Part shown: positions 24,853-37,826 of the stretch, piece by piece | Layout of the letters: the number at the start of each line of letters is the position of its first letter | Numbering within the stretch: position 1 is the first letter of the stretch | Assembly (NCBI GenBank): GCA_028534125.1 | Contig: CM052832.1 | Coordinates: 23,252,001-23,316,000, forward strand | Direction: 5' to 3' | Length of the DNA stretch: 64,000 bases | Source: Lama glama | Lineage: Eukaryota | Program-made: the position numbers and the translations under genes | Notes under the pieces: generated by a model | Told to the model about the DNA's origin: nothing | The model's database searches: none | What the model saw: the letters and a program-made list of their open reading frames with translations, nothing else

Positions 24853-26190
24853 CAGAATGACCATAAAATTCTTTATTCAAACCAGGACACTCAGAATAAA
24901 AGCAGCAGCTAATAAACAATTAAAACTGCATAACTTTTAAAATATACATTAATTGACAAAATAACTGGTTTTATTATATTGGTAGACTGAGAAAATAGTT
25001 CGATTCAAAAATTGTTTTCAAAAATAAAACTTAAAAAAAGTTTGTATTTATTAATTTTTAAAAACTTCTGTATGTTATTTATCTTAATATTAAAAATATG
25101 ACAAGGAAAATTATTCTTGGCAGATATTCAAGTACTTTAATCAGTTTGTCACTAATACTGGGTCATTGCTCTTTCTATGAAGGATGTTATATTATCAATA
25201 TGATTTTTTTTAAATAAAAATTCCTTCAAAGGCACATTTCATAGTTGAAAACTATGAAATCATTGACACCTTCAATTTACTCTTTTCTGTAGACCTTAAT
25301 ATTTTTAATTGAGAAGATACTCTCCTGAGTGCTCAAGTACCTAGTAAGCTCAGAGAAAATTCTACTAAATGGAGTATTTTCTTAATTCTCTTTTGAATTA
25401 ATTAGGAGAATTCTACTAAATGGATTATTTTTTTAAGTTCTCTCATGAAAAGCATTTATAAAGACACTGCATTTTTGCATGTAATACCTTTGAGAAATAT
25501 TGATACAAACCAAATACATCAATTAAATTGTATTTATTTATGATCCTTTTTAGTTTCACCAAAATTAGATACCCTGAAATGACAGGTCTTCAATCTATTT
25601 TGAATTCTGATTAAAAAACAAATTTTTCCTATCAGAAATAGTACTTCTACGAAAAGATTCTTCCCACAAGTCCAGATATTCCACGTGCAACTACAAAATT
25701 TCAAAATTAAATCCTGTATACCGCATTTGAGTTCTTATTTAATTTGCTCAGTTCCTACCTTGTATTTCTAAGGGTAAATTCTAGTGCCTTCCTATTTACA
25801 AGCTTTGTGTTCCGTAACAGCAATTTGTACAGCTTCAAAAGCTGAATATTTTTCTTGCTCTGTTAGCTTTGATTAAAAATTTCCAACTGGTTTCAAACAA
25901 AAGTCAAGCCAAAATTAGAAGACTCTTTGCAAAAAACAGTCAATACTATCCATGGGCATTGATTTACAAAGCAGTTCTTCAAAGATTCAAAACATTTCTA
26001 AAATCTGACTCACAATGGACTCCAAAAAGAGAAAACTCATACTGCATGCTGAAGGATTTTTTATATTCAACAGCAGCTTCATCACAAAAATGATGTAGGT
26101 TCAACTATTTAGTGAATGTAGAAAAAATATTTGTAAAATTTGGCAATTATTTCTATTTCTATTGCAGTTTGTTTGAAAGAAATAATGAGT
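24853..26190 (-). mobile_element. Blackjack-family hAT DNA transposon fossil (3' half with right end)
   Basis: MER94-type terminus at 24853-24910 (ATGACCATAAAATT...CAAACCAGGACAC). The minus strand retains the hAT dimerisation motif HLVEFSLSLLGT*ALRRVSSQLKILRSTEKSKLKVS. It aligns by eye to 59180-61680. Confidence 0.75.
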
Positions 26191-26195
26191 TGTAT

Positions 26196-26345
26196 GTGCA
26201 GTTATAGCTCTGGTAGAGTGTGTGCCTAGCATGCACAAGGTCCTGGGTTCAATCCCCAGCACCTCCATTAAAAATAAGTAAATAAAAACCTATTACCTCC
26301 CCCCCAAAAAATTAAAAATACATAAATGAATAATTTATATATATA
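26196..26345 (+). mobile_element. Camelid tRNA-derived SINE (Vic-1 type)
   Basis: TATAGCTCTGGTAGAGTGTGTGCCTAGCATGCACAAGGTCCTGGGTTCAATCCCCAGCACCTCC plus tail. No clear TSD. Confidence 0.9.
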
Positions 26346-28000
26346 TATAGTTAAAAGTTTCCCTTTGAGTAAAGTTTTGGTTATATGTTATGCCCTAAAG
26401 ATCTAGATATAAAGTATAATTTTTTATTGCTTTCTCTTTGATTTATTCTTTTATCAAAAGTTTATCTGGGAGAGCATTTCTTAGTTTCCAAGAGGTTTGG
26501 GGGGCGGTCATATTTTTATTATTAATTTCTAATTTAATTGGGTTATGATGAGGGAATGTGACCTTAAAAAAACTCTACTTTTTATATTTGTTATAGTTTT
26601 GCTTGTTTTTGGCCAAAGTAGCTTATTAATTCTATTTCTAGTAACTAGGGTTTGGAAAGTTGCACATCTCCAAAGAAATGCTCCCTGAAAGGTGACTTGG
26701 TGATGTGACCAGGTAACCTGCCCTGCTTACCTGAAGGCTAACCCCAAGTAGTAACAATGGCTCATGTTACAAAAGAATTCTAACTTGCAAATCTGGAACC
26801 ATCACAGCTCGAGGTAGAAAACAAGGCAATTAATTATTTTTAACAGCCAGATGATTGTATCACCTAGGAATTTAATCAAAACAAACCAAAGACATGCAAT
26901 ACTTCTGAATGGTGCCCAGCAAGCACCTCGCTTAAGTATTCATTTTCAACATGCCATCTCAATTCCTCCTCATTATCAATAGACACTCATAAGCATCAGG
27001 CAGACCTGCTGTCCATCTACAAATCCAAGAGAAACACATTTACCTTGCATATCAAGAGTGCCTCAGCATGATTCACTGAAATCAGGAGTTGAAAGAGGCT
27101 AGAAATATTTTAAATGCAAGTAACTGTTAAAATATTTAGTCCCACCAAAGCTTTGAAGATTCTGTGCTCAAATCAGATCAGCCTTGGTGACCTAAGACTC
27201 AGACAATGAGCACATTGAAGAGAGGAAATCTTGTTTAAAATCACCAAGGAAATTCCAAAGTCTTACAAAAGAATTAGCAGCTATTTCAGCAAAGATACAC
27301 TTGGAAGCAGGGTGTTGTTTTCTTAAAGTTTCTCCTGAAAGTTCAAAAAGGTAAAGTGGAAACTTCCGCAGGCCTGGTGAGTTTGAGAAAGAAATAGATT
27401 ACCTTCTTGAGCACCTACTGTGTGCCAGGCAAGGTCCTTAGTACTAAGCATTTTGCATACATTATCTCTTTTAATCTTCACAAAAGTCATCATTACAGAA
27501 AATAATTTGTTTATCTACTTGCATTATTAAATTGGTTAGTAACTGATATACAGAAAAGGCTCACTAAAACGTAAGTTTGGCTACAGAGTTCTCTCATGAT
27601 ATAATCCACTGAGGGTTAAATTAAGACTCCAGTATTTTGACCTCTAAGTTAGGAAGAATCCGTAAAAACTTCTAAGATTGCAGGCTGTGATTTCAGCAAA
27701 TTTTTGTTTCAAACAGGGGCCAATATACCCATCCATTTACTTTGAAATAATTGTTACCTAAGAATTAATTAAATTGTTACCTAAGTATTAATCAAATGAC
27801 CTCATGAGATCTAATCCCACTTGGTATTATACAACCAGTGCATCACAAAGGTAATTCTAACTAATAACCTAAATAATTTAATTGGCACAAAATTCGAAGT
27901 AACATATAACCCGCCTTCTTTTTTAGACTCACCTTCTGCCCTTTTCACTTTACATCTAAGCTTCCACCATGCTAAGCTATTTTCAGGCACTCCGAATTTC

Positions 28001-28197
28001 TTTTTTTTTTTTAATATATATGTATTTTTTTATTGAAGTAAAGTCAGTTTACAATGTGTCAATTTCTGGTGTGCACACAATACTTCAGTCATATAGGAAC
28101 ATACATATATTCATTTTCAAATTCTTTTTAACCATAAGTTACTACAAGATATTGAATATAGTTCCCTGTGCTATACAGTAGAAACTTGTTGTTTATC
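28001..28197 (-). mobile_element. Short recent L1 3' tip
   Basis: Poly-T, then TATTGAAGTAAAGTCAGTTTACAATGTGTCAATTTCTGGTGT...GTTCCCTGTGCTATACAGTA. Confidence 0.85.
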
Positions 28198-29220
28198 TCA
28201 TTCACAAATTCCATTTCACAAATGATTCTCTATTTGCCCAGGTCATTCTTCCCCCACCTTTTTCACCTGATGAATAGTTCTTCATCTCCCAAAATGTCAC
28301 TCAAAATATATCTTTTCTGGGACACCTACCTCCTCCCCCATCCGGTTAGAGGGCATCCTCTGGTCTTCCTTAGTACAGAGCTCTTACCCTATTAGAGCAC
28401 CCATTCCTTCATTCAGTAAACATTTATTAAGCTCCTATTATCTACCAGGTTCTTTATTAGGTGCTGGGAATACAAATATAAATAAAATATAAGACTTCAA
28501 GCGGTATAGGAAAAGAGAGTCACATATACCAGTCAGAGCAGTGCCACCTGGATCCAGGAAGGCAGCTGTGGAGCCCCGCCCTGAAGGACAGGAAGAGTTT
28601 AATGGGTAGAAGTGTGAGAAGCCAACAGGGAGGAAGCTGGGAAAAAGCTATTGCATGGGCACAGGTAGACAGATGGACAACAGATAAGCTGTGTTGATGG
28701 CAGAAAAAATTGCTCCAGCCAAGGCATTTGATTTAAAAAAAAAACTTTAAAATGACTCATTTTTAAACCTGTTCAAGCTACTATAGAAGCAAACAACAAT
28801 CATAGAAAGTCAATCCTAACTTTATTCCTAATCGTTGTTAATGCCCAGTGCTTTCTTAAACCCAAAGAGGCTTATTAGTGACATGTTAAAACTTTCAAAT
28901 TTTATGTAAAGACCAAAAGGGTATTTTATGACTGCTCTGACAGGCATTAGTGAATAAAGATAAATTGTTCAGTCATGTAAGACGGTAACATACCAAACAG
29001 AAATGAGGTGAGCAGGGAATAGGGGGCCCTTGGCAAGACTCTGTCTTCCTTTCCTATGACTAACACAGACAGACAGGCTGAAACTCTCTTCAGTGGTTAT
29101 GCGGAAAACCACCAATCCAAAATTATATCCTCTTTGTCCAACAGAGACGAAAGTTTTCAGACTGACCAGTATTATTACATATTGTTACTAAAATCCTGAG
29201 AAAAAATTCAAGTCTTCTTT

Positions 29221-29314
29221 TTAATTGAAGTACCGTCAGTTACAACGTGTCCATTTCTCGTATACAGCAGTGTCCCAGTCATGCATATACATACATATAT
29301 TCGTTTTCATATTC
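29221..29314 (-). mobile_element. Ultra-short L1 3' tip
   Basis: TTGAAGTACCGTCAGTTACAACGTGTCC...TGTCCCAGTCATGCATATAC. Confidence 0.8.
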
Positions 29315-31989
29315 CAATCTTTTTTAATCTGCAATTTTTCCACAGGTTCCTAGAGGACCTTGGACAACATAGATGTTGCAGTACGTGCCTACAGCTACTG
29401 AAATTGGAAATGAGGGAGCAGAAATCAAACACCATCATCCTCAAAAGAATGCGGTAAACGTGGGTGGCCACCTGCCCAGTTCATGCTGATTGTTTCAGTT
29501 TAACAGTTCCAGTTGCTCCAGATGTTGATATCACAACAGCTTATGCCACTTATCAGAAAACATGGTAACAATAAATGCCCCTACGTAAGCCGAGGCACTG
29601 AGATCCACACCATGCCCTGAACTATGCTATGCTTTATTTTAAACTGCATTCAAGAAACTCAAATGGAGGATGAAATGACAAAGGAGTGAACATTATCACC
29701 CCTTTCCTAGAAGGACTGAGTAAAAGGCATTGAGCACAATACCCTAGGTTTATAAATAAATCTTTAAGTGAATTAATCCTTGCTACAATATATTATAATA
29801 CAAACTGTTTTGTTATAGAGTAAGGATAGTTCTAATCTCTAAAAACTAATCAAAACCTAGGTTGCTATAGCAATGTGACATCAACTTAGTGCCTTCACAA
29901 ACATCCTCTCATTGAATACACACAACCACCATTCAGCTGAAGTTGTACAATTACAGATGAGAAAACTGAGCACTGAAAAATGAACTGACTTTCCTTGGGT
30001 CAAACAAGCAGTTATTGGCATAACTTGAACTAGAACGAAGAACCAAGTCAAGTGATTTCCTGTTCCAACACTCTTGCTTCCCCAAAATCAACTTATAGGT
30101 GGAATCAAGCTCCCCTTGTTCTCCCATCAGGATCTTTTCTGGAAGGAGGACAGAAACAGAAGGTTGATGTAAAACTTTTCATTCTATTTTTTTTAAACAC
30201 CTACTTTAGGCAAAAAGTCAGGTGTCGTGCCAAAACAAATTAGACAGCAGTACTCCTAATCTTAGCAAAACCCTAATCTCGACCGAGAACAAAAAAGCAT
30301 ACATTGAGAAGAGAATTCAGCAACTCTGAGTAGGTTACTTCTCAGCATCACCTTCTGCAAGAAGGAAAGGGCAAGTTTCCTGGAAGTGTGAGTGGTCAAA
30401 GAGTATGACTCAAAGACTATTTTAGTACGAGATCCTGTTTCAGCCTTGTTGTTCATCTGTTTCGCTGAGAATGTGAAGTTGTCTGGGTCCAAGTCAAAAA
30501 AGGGGCTGAAACCATTTGCTAAAGCCATGAATGCAAGAGCCCCACGAAGGCACACAGTGATTACATAGCACGGCCATGCACATCTTCCCATTGTCTGGCT
30601 GGACTTCTATGCAGACATCCTGCCTCACCCCAGGGAGGTGAGCTCAGGAATCCGCTAAACAAATGGGGATACTGTAAAATTCATTATTAATTTTACTACG
30701 GGCTACTCGAAGGGAAAGAACAACTCAACTGCATATAAGAAAAAATAGTTCATAAATATTTTACACACAGGCATTGACTAACGAATGACAACTCCTGTTT
30801 ATCAAATGTTGCAACCCGTGATTCTTCCCTCTCTGTTCCTCCTCCCCAGACTTCCCTGTTTTTCCTACGGGAGTCACTAAGGATGTCAAAGTCACTGCTC
30901 TCCACCCTACCCTCCCTTTTCTGCCATCTAGTCCGACTGCATCTTTCAATACCTGGCACCCACAACTATCAACCACCCGCACACTTCCATGGTTTCTCTC
31001 TGCTTTCTTTAGAGTGAGAAAAAAATGGAAAGTCCAGATAGCATCAAACTTAAGAGAAATGTAGGAGAGTTAGTATTTAGGAAGCTAGTGAATTCAGGGC
31101 TTTAGACATAGAATAGTCCAGACTCTAATTTTTAGGGCAAGGAGACAATTTCAGCTCTGCTGTAGACCAAAGGATCATTTATAGTTTGGCTAGAAACCTA
31201 AACTAGCAAGTACCATATTGTTTCCATAGTAAAATGAGTTCCAAGTTCTAAACCACTGACCTGCAAACAAACTTTTGGAACACTTAATATTCACAAGTTT
31301 GGGTCATCTATAAAAAAATGTAACAATAAACGTTTCCCCTTGAGTTTCTCTTTACAGCTGCAGAAGAATGTATAGAAAGTACACATGTGTATAACTGGAT
31401 GCTGAGATCTGACCTCCTTCCTGAGAAGCTGTTTCAACTGAGCAAGGAGTTGGTGACCACCACCTGTTCCTAAGAGCCCTAGGTGGATTTATTCTTCTCA
31501 CTATGCCCAATGAGAGCACGTGGACTCACTTCTTGATAAGTAGTGACTATTGGGGAAGGGACTCTTAACATGATCACTAAAGGGACAGCAAAGACAGAAG
31601 GTTGGAGGAAGGTTTTATTCCCTTTATATTGGCAGTCAGTGGAATTGCTGCCATTGCAGCTTAAGGCAAAAGTTAAGTTCCAAGAAGGTAAGTTTCTTTG
31701 GAGCAGAAACTGTAACCATACTCCTATGTAAGTGTGTGTATGTCTGTGTAAAGGGAACTGAGCTATGGCGAGTAAGACTGAGGGGACAATGACAATGTAC
31801 CTCAAATGGGGATGATCACTGATAGGACAACACATTGGCCAAGCCTATCCTAGTCTTCTTTTCTCTTCAAAGAGCTATAATCACAGGTCAAACCTGGAGG
31901 GGAAACTCTTAGACTTCTCCATGTAACAATTAGAGCACCCAGAATCGGCTGTAGTCAAACCAGATGACAGAGAAAAGACAAGAGTCAGA

Positions 31990-32460
31990 CATTCCTACCA
32001 GGAAAGGATGGTGCCTCCAAATCCCACAGCAGCCATGTTTGGCTGATGTAATTCTGCCTCCTTCACTAGAGCTGATTGGACCCAGAATGGATGTCTGTTT
32101 GAAGCAGAGCCAATCAGATTTCCTCTACCAGGAATTTGGAATTTGGATTTAGGGACAGATGATCTCTGTGCTTGACTGAAGCTGTACAGTAACCATATTC
32201 CATCATCTATATGAGCAGCAGAAAAAACCAGAGCGAGAACAATAAAGCAGATGTGCAAGAGAGGAAGGAAGATAAAGAGTCGGAGAAAGAAAATGATTTT
32301 CCAGCTCTCAGTTCCAGTTTCTTCCAGAAGCCAGCTGCATTCCTCTCTTTAAGGTCCTTAAAACACTCCTTGTCCTCATAGTAAACTTTCCTTTTTTGTT
32401 AAATATAGTTCAAATTTATTTCAGTTATTTGAGATCAGAAACACCTTGACTAAACCACAT
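31990..32460 (+). mobile_element. Ancient ERVL LTR (LTR16/LTR33-like)
   Basis: GCTGATTGG...AGAGCCAATCAGATT...CCAGGAATTTGGAATT, with terminal ...CCTTGACTAAACCA. Confidence 0.55.
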
Positions 32461-33604
32461 TACCATCAAGTAAATTATCATCATGCTATGAAAAAAGCTT
32501 TCAGAAGACTTTTGAATCTGTCAATGTTGAATTCAAATCTTAGCCCCACTGAGTATTACCTGTCTTATCTAGAGTCACTTTCCTAACCTCTCTGAGGCTT
32601 GATCTCCAATAACTGCCATGTACAGTTGTTGTGAAAATCAGAAAAACATACATAGAGCCTGTGGACATGGTCAGCACAAACTCAATGATAACTTCTAATA
32701 GAATTCATTGGAGCAGTAGTCATGGCGACAGCAGTAGGGTGGCCATGGCTTCTCAATAGGAGGATTATACACAACACCCAGAACATATGAACACAGAAAG
32801 ATGTTCTTCTTACGTTCTTTACTTTATAAAATAATTCAACCTAAGTTTCTTTACTGAGGTATTCTAGTATATGCAAAGTGTGGTTTAATTTTAAAATACT
32901 TTTTAATCTTTCACCTACCACAGATTATTTTTGAATTAATGGGGAAATCCCAATAGCAATTCTAACCACAAGATCACCTCTTCATCAATTCATCTTCCTC
33001 CTCCATCAGCTTACACATTAGAGCAATGGTTCTAATCCTTATGGAAATCACAACCCTTTTAAGAATATGATCAAGCTATAAGCTCTCCCTTCAGAAGACT
33101 CACATATACAAAAATGCAAAAATTTTCACATCTTCTAGTGTGTATGATCCTACTGAATCCCATCCATGAATCCCCAAGGATTGAAGAGCCCAATAAACTT
33201 CTTAACTTAGCATTTCTCTAAGTCTAAGTCTCTGAACGTACCCCTAGGGATGACCGACATATAAAGATAACCTGCATTAAGCACCCCACACACCCAGGTT
33301 AATATTCTTACTGAAATGCAATGCAACAGATTCCCACTTGTCTGCGAGGGTACTTGCATATTCCCCATGGTGGTTTTTACAGGCCCTTCCATAGTCCTTA
33401 CCCTACTACATTTTAAGCACTGGTTTACTTGTATGTCTGCCATACCAAACTGTGAGTAAGGGCAGAAAGTGTGTCTTTCATTTCTAGGATTATGCTTCAT
33501 ATAGTAAATATTCAATAAATGATAAATAAGCTTATAATATTTTATAAATATAAATTACGATTTGTGCTCATTTTCATGCAAGAAATTAAAAATTCAAGAT
33601 AGTG

Positions 33605-34400
33605 GGCATGCATTAAAATAGCTATTTTAAATTCTTTATCAGGTAAGTTATAGATCTTCTACTTTTGGAGGTTGGTTACTGGAAGATTATTGTGAACTTG
33701 GTGGTATAATGTTTCCTTGATTTTTCATATTCTTTGAAGTTTCATGTTATTGTCATTGCATTTGAAGTAATAGTCACCTCCTACAGTCTTTATTAACTGC
33801 CTTTGGGAGACAAATACCATCCATCAGCCCTGCTAATGATTCTGAGGCTTTTTTAGACCTTCTATGATGTATCTGCTCCATGCTTCTTGCTCTTCTTGTA
33901 ACAGAATTCTTAAGCTTGTAAGCCTTCTGTCAATCCTGCAATGCAACGGGCCAGGTTCTGACAGCCTCCCTTTTTCGTTCCCCAAAGTGGTGCTGCAACT
34001 CAAGTTTGTGGTCTCTCTCTGGCCCACAGATTTGAGCTGGATTTCTGTGTATGCTCACTAGCCATCTACCAAAGGTCATTCTCACTGCTGGCTTGAGGAG
34101 CACATACAGGGAGCTGGCCACAGGGTTGGAGAGTGTATGAGTGATGTGCACTGAGGCTTAGAGGTGCCTGTGGGCCAGCTGGGGCATCGGTGGGTGAGAC
34201 TCTCCCAGTGGCTCATGGGTGGGCTTTCAGTGGAGTCCACAAGAAAGTTAAGCAGGATCCAAAACCCTTTAATGCCCTGCTTGAGTTCCACCTGCCACTC
34301 TCCCTGCCTCTTCCCACCCTCAAGTCATGTAGCTCATGATGCAGTACTCTGGATGGGGTGAGAAAGAAATGAGCCTCTTTGGCAGCAGACCCATTTAGGT
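33605..34400 (-). mobile_element. Old L1 5' region (5'UTR/ORF1 start)
   Basis: Antisense motifs AATAGCTATTTTAAATTCTTTATCAGG...TGCATTTGAAGTAATAGTCACCTC, typical of L1M 5' ends. Confidence 0.55.
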
Positions 34401-34820
34401 ACCCAGTGGCCTCATGCTGCCCCCAACTTAGGGTCCTAATCTAGCTTTCCCACTGCAACGCAGCTAATTCCAAATCTCCTGCCCCATTTGCTGGTGTCTC
34501 AGACCACCAACCTGGAGGAGCCACACTATTACCTCATGGCAATGATGCTAGTGTGAGTAAAATAAACTTAAAAAATAAGCAATGATTGCCCCTTTTGGTT
34601 AATGCCTGGTGAAAATGTGCATCGAAGACTCCCTTAAGGCGTGTTATGAGCTGACTTGTGTCCTCCCAGAATTCATATGTTGAAGTCCTAACTTCTGGTA
34701 CATCACAATGTGACTGTATTTGAAGACAGTGTCTTTAAAGAGGTAATTATGTTAAAATGAGGTCACTAGGGTAGGTCCTATTCCAATGATACTGCTGTCT
34801 TTATTAGAAGAGGAGATCAG

Positions 34821-35625
34821 TGGAATCCCCTCACCTGCCCAATTAATAATACCTGCTCTGAGCCTGGCCACACATATGACTTTTCTTATAAGGTCACTCA
34901 AGTCATTCAAGGCAACAAGCAAGTTTCAGCCAAAGAACATAACCTCCCTCAATTATGGGAAGGACTTCTATGGTTAACACTAGGCTATTTACATGTACGT
35001 TTAAAGGCTCTCTTATGTTGGAAAAAATTAAACCATACTAAGGATCACCAGCCTAACAACACTAGGAAATTTGTCTGAGTGTCTTATGAACAATGCCTGT
35101 ATAACATCTTCCTTAAAGATAAGGATGGATACAGAATAGACTAAGTCAGATGACCTGTGGTTACACTGAGCCGCACCTAATGGAAGATCTTGGCTTCAGT
35201 TCTTACTTACGACCTTACTAATACTGCTAACTCTATTCTTTATATTTTGCCTGTTTTACAAAATTGTTGTTTCTTGCATTACCAAATGTATGACTGCGCC
35301 TCCGATAAAATAATGACTAGGTGACTTGAAGCACTAGATCAGATGTATACTTCTGTATGAGACCAATGATTGTAATAGTGTAACTCTAGATATGGGAAGA
35401 AGCAACAAAAGAGAGTATTTTCCTGGACCATAACAGGCTTGTAAGACTGGTGGTCCAGAGACTTTTTGCTACTGTTAATTAGGCCTAGTCCTGTAAGAGC
35501 ACACTGAGGGGCCTACCAACAAAATCCTCGCCTGACCTAGGAATACGCATTCCTAGCATCACGGGATGAAATGGTCCTGAAATGCCTCCCAAACTATCAT
35601 TGAATTTATGACCATGAAGGCACCC
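34821..35625 (+). mobile_element. ERV1-type internal 3' region with decayed env remnant
   Basis: 35173-35313 reads APNGRSWLQFLLTTLLILLTLFFIFCLFYKIVVSCITKCMTAPPIK* (transmembrane segment plus tail). It lies immediately upstream of an LTR. Confidence 0.7.
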
Positions 35626-36142
35626 TGCTAACTAAAAACTAGCACTTGCCAGCTGTCTCTACAAGGATTGGCTGGATTGGATCCCTCTGGCACCTGCCAT
35701 CTAACTCTGCTTGGATTAAATAACGAGCCATTGCAGCCGCTGACCCTTCAACACTCCCTGAAAGGAGTTCAGGGTGGAGATCAGGAATGAGGTGCTCTGT
35801 GCTCTGGGAAAAACTGACAGAACAGCCCTTCAGATAGTTATTTTCAGGAAAAGATTTAATGAGCCCAAATTCTTGCATCTCCTCATATCTAGAAAAGTAC
35901 TAAAATCATGAACAGTGACACCTGCCCCTTGTGACTAGCAGCAGCCTCTGCCTAAACGTGTGCCTGACTGCACGTCCCCCTCTTCATTGAAATCATATAT
36001 AATACTGAGTTATCCCCCTGCCTCTTTAGAACAGTTTCTCAGAGCGATCTGAGGTGCTGTCTCCCAGGCTATCGTCCTCATTTTGCCGCAAATAAAATTT
36101 AACCCACAACTCTCATGTTGTGTGATTTTATTTCAGTCGACA
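35626..36142 (+). mobile_element. Complete ERV1 3' LTR (MER41/LTR39-like ungulate family)
   Basis: TG...CA ends with imperfect inverted repeats TGCTAACTAAAA / TTTCAGTCGACA. TATA-like motif near 35996-36003 and AATAAA near 36091. Confidence 0.8.
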
Positions 36143-36639
36143 GTAATCAGATGAATACAGTTTTGATTGTACATTTGCATGTATGTAATAAATGAGCTTG
36201 TAAATGCAGAAAGTAAGCACTCATTAAGCCTCGTAAATATACTTATGTTTTATCTTTCTGAAAAGAAAAAGAGGAGATCAGGACACAGTCAAGCACAGAA
36301 GGAAAACCAGGTCATGACCAGGGAGAAGATGGCCACTAACAGGCCAAGGAGAGAAGCCTCAAAAGAAATCAGCCTTGCTGACCCTGATCCCAGACTTCTC
36401 GCCTCTGGGGCTGTGAGAAAATAAATTTCTGTTGTTTAAGCCACCCAGCCTGTGGTCCTTGGCCAAGGCAGCTCTAGCAAATTAATACGAGGAATAACTA
36501 AGTATTTCAAACAGCACCAACTTTAGGATTGGTGGTAAGCCCCACTGAAATCACACCAGGTAAGCAGTTACCTCCTTAGCCTACAGACCCAGTCAGTGAC
36601 AACAGTCCTGTGTTTCTAATGAACATCAAAAAAAAAATC

Positions 36640-37250
36640 TATAATTTGAGCAACAAAAGAAAGCAGTATTGGATTATAACACAAAGTATAAAATAGGTAT
36701 TCATGAGTCCATACTGATAAAAATAGATGATGGAGAATTGACCAGTCTCCCATGCAGAATTCTAAATAACTGATGTAAACACTCTACCCTCAGGAAGTGG
36801 AGCATAAATCCCCGATTCTTAAGTGTGGACAAAAAAAAGAGACTTCCTTCCAAAGAGTAAGTCAGGGAAAAGGGGAGAAAGAGTAACCTTAAAGTGGATA
36901 AACCTGACCAACCGCACCTCAGTCAGGCGGCCAAGTCACGTTGATAGTGTAAGAATGGCACTTTAGTTCTATGGTCATCCTCCTGAAAACCCATAATCCC
37001 AGTCTGATCACGAGAAAAACATCAGACAAATCCCAAATCCCGATTGAGGGACAGTCTAAAAATACCTGACAGTCCTCAAAACTGGCAAGGCCATCAAAAA
37101 CAAGGCAAGTCTGAGGAACTCAGCCAAGATGAGCCTGAGAGATCATGACTAATCGTAACGTGGTCTCTTGGATGGGGCCTTGGAACAGAAAAAGGGCACC
37201 AGGTAGAAACTAAGGAAGTCTGAATAAAGTATGAACTTCAGTTAATTTGA
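36640..37250 (+). mobile_element. Old L1 (L1MC/L1MD-like) 3' UTR
   Basis: CCATCAAAAACAAGGCAAGTCTGAG...GGAACAGAAAAAGG...TCTGAATAAAGTATG. Confidence 0.75.
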
Positions 37251-37689
37251 AACATGATGATACATACACAAATGTGCCCTACAGAATTTCAACAAGTAAG
37301 GCTCCTTTCTTCACCATTGCAAAGACTCTTAGAAATTGCTCGAGTGCTAGCTGGCTGCCAAGAAGCTGGAGGAAGTATACTCACGCAGCTGGAAAGCACA
37401 AGAGTCCACGGCAGCGCACGTGCCAGAATGGAAGGGAGCCCCATACAGTTATCAGAGGCAATGTGTCGCTGGTGTCAGTGCTGAAATTAAAAGGCAGCAC
37501 ATGACAAAAAGGGAGGTCATCTGAACCAGCCACCCATTCAGTGACTTTCCCTTGGTGAATTCACCTCTGCCCAGGGTCAGCTCTTGGCCTTACATGTTCA
37601 GCAACTACTTGCCAGTATCTTGAAGTTAATCAAACGCATGGAGACTGACTCATACTAACTAAACATTCGTGAGTATGACATAGAAAAAC

Positions 37690-37826
37690 AGAATGGCACA
37701 TTCTCAGGCAAACCAAACACCCTTGGTTTGGGCTTACTGGGGTGGGGCATGAGAGTCCACGTTTCTGACAAGCTCCCAGGTGATGCCAGTGCTGCTGGTC
37801 CATGGACCACAGTTTGAGTAGCAAGG
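37690..37826. mobile_element. MER5A-like hAT-Charlie MITE; further MER5-like pieces at ~38900-39430
   Basis: ACAAGCTCCCAGGTGATGCC...GCTGCTGGTCCATGGACCACAGTTTGAGTAGCAAGG. Confidence 0.75.

Larger units (their letters stand above)
34642..36489 (+). mobile_element. MaLR LTR (MLT1B-like) split into 34642-34820 and 36282-36489 by a nested insertion
   Basis: TGTTATGAGCTGA...AATTCATATGTTGAAGTCCTAAC. The right half reads AATAAATTTCTGTTGTTTAAGCCACCCAG...GCAAATTAATAC. Confidence 0.85.

Noticed and set aside
25358..27800. Short tandem duplications (25358-25447 and ~27750-27797); also 48946-48975
   Set aside because: Two- or three-copy slippage duplications without unique spacers; not CRISPR-like or otherwise functional-looking.
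30262..31835. ORFs of 109 and 118 aa as possible processed pseudogenes
   Set aside because: No recognisable homology, poly(A) tail or TSD.
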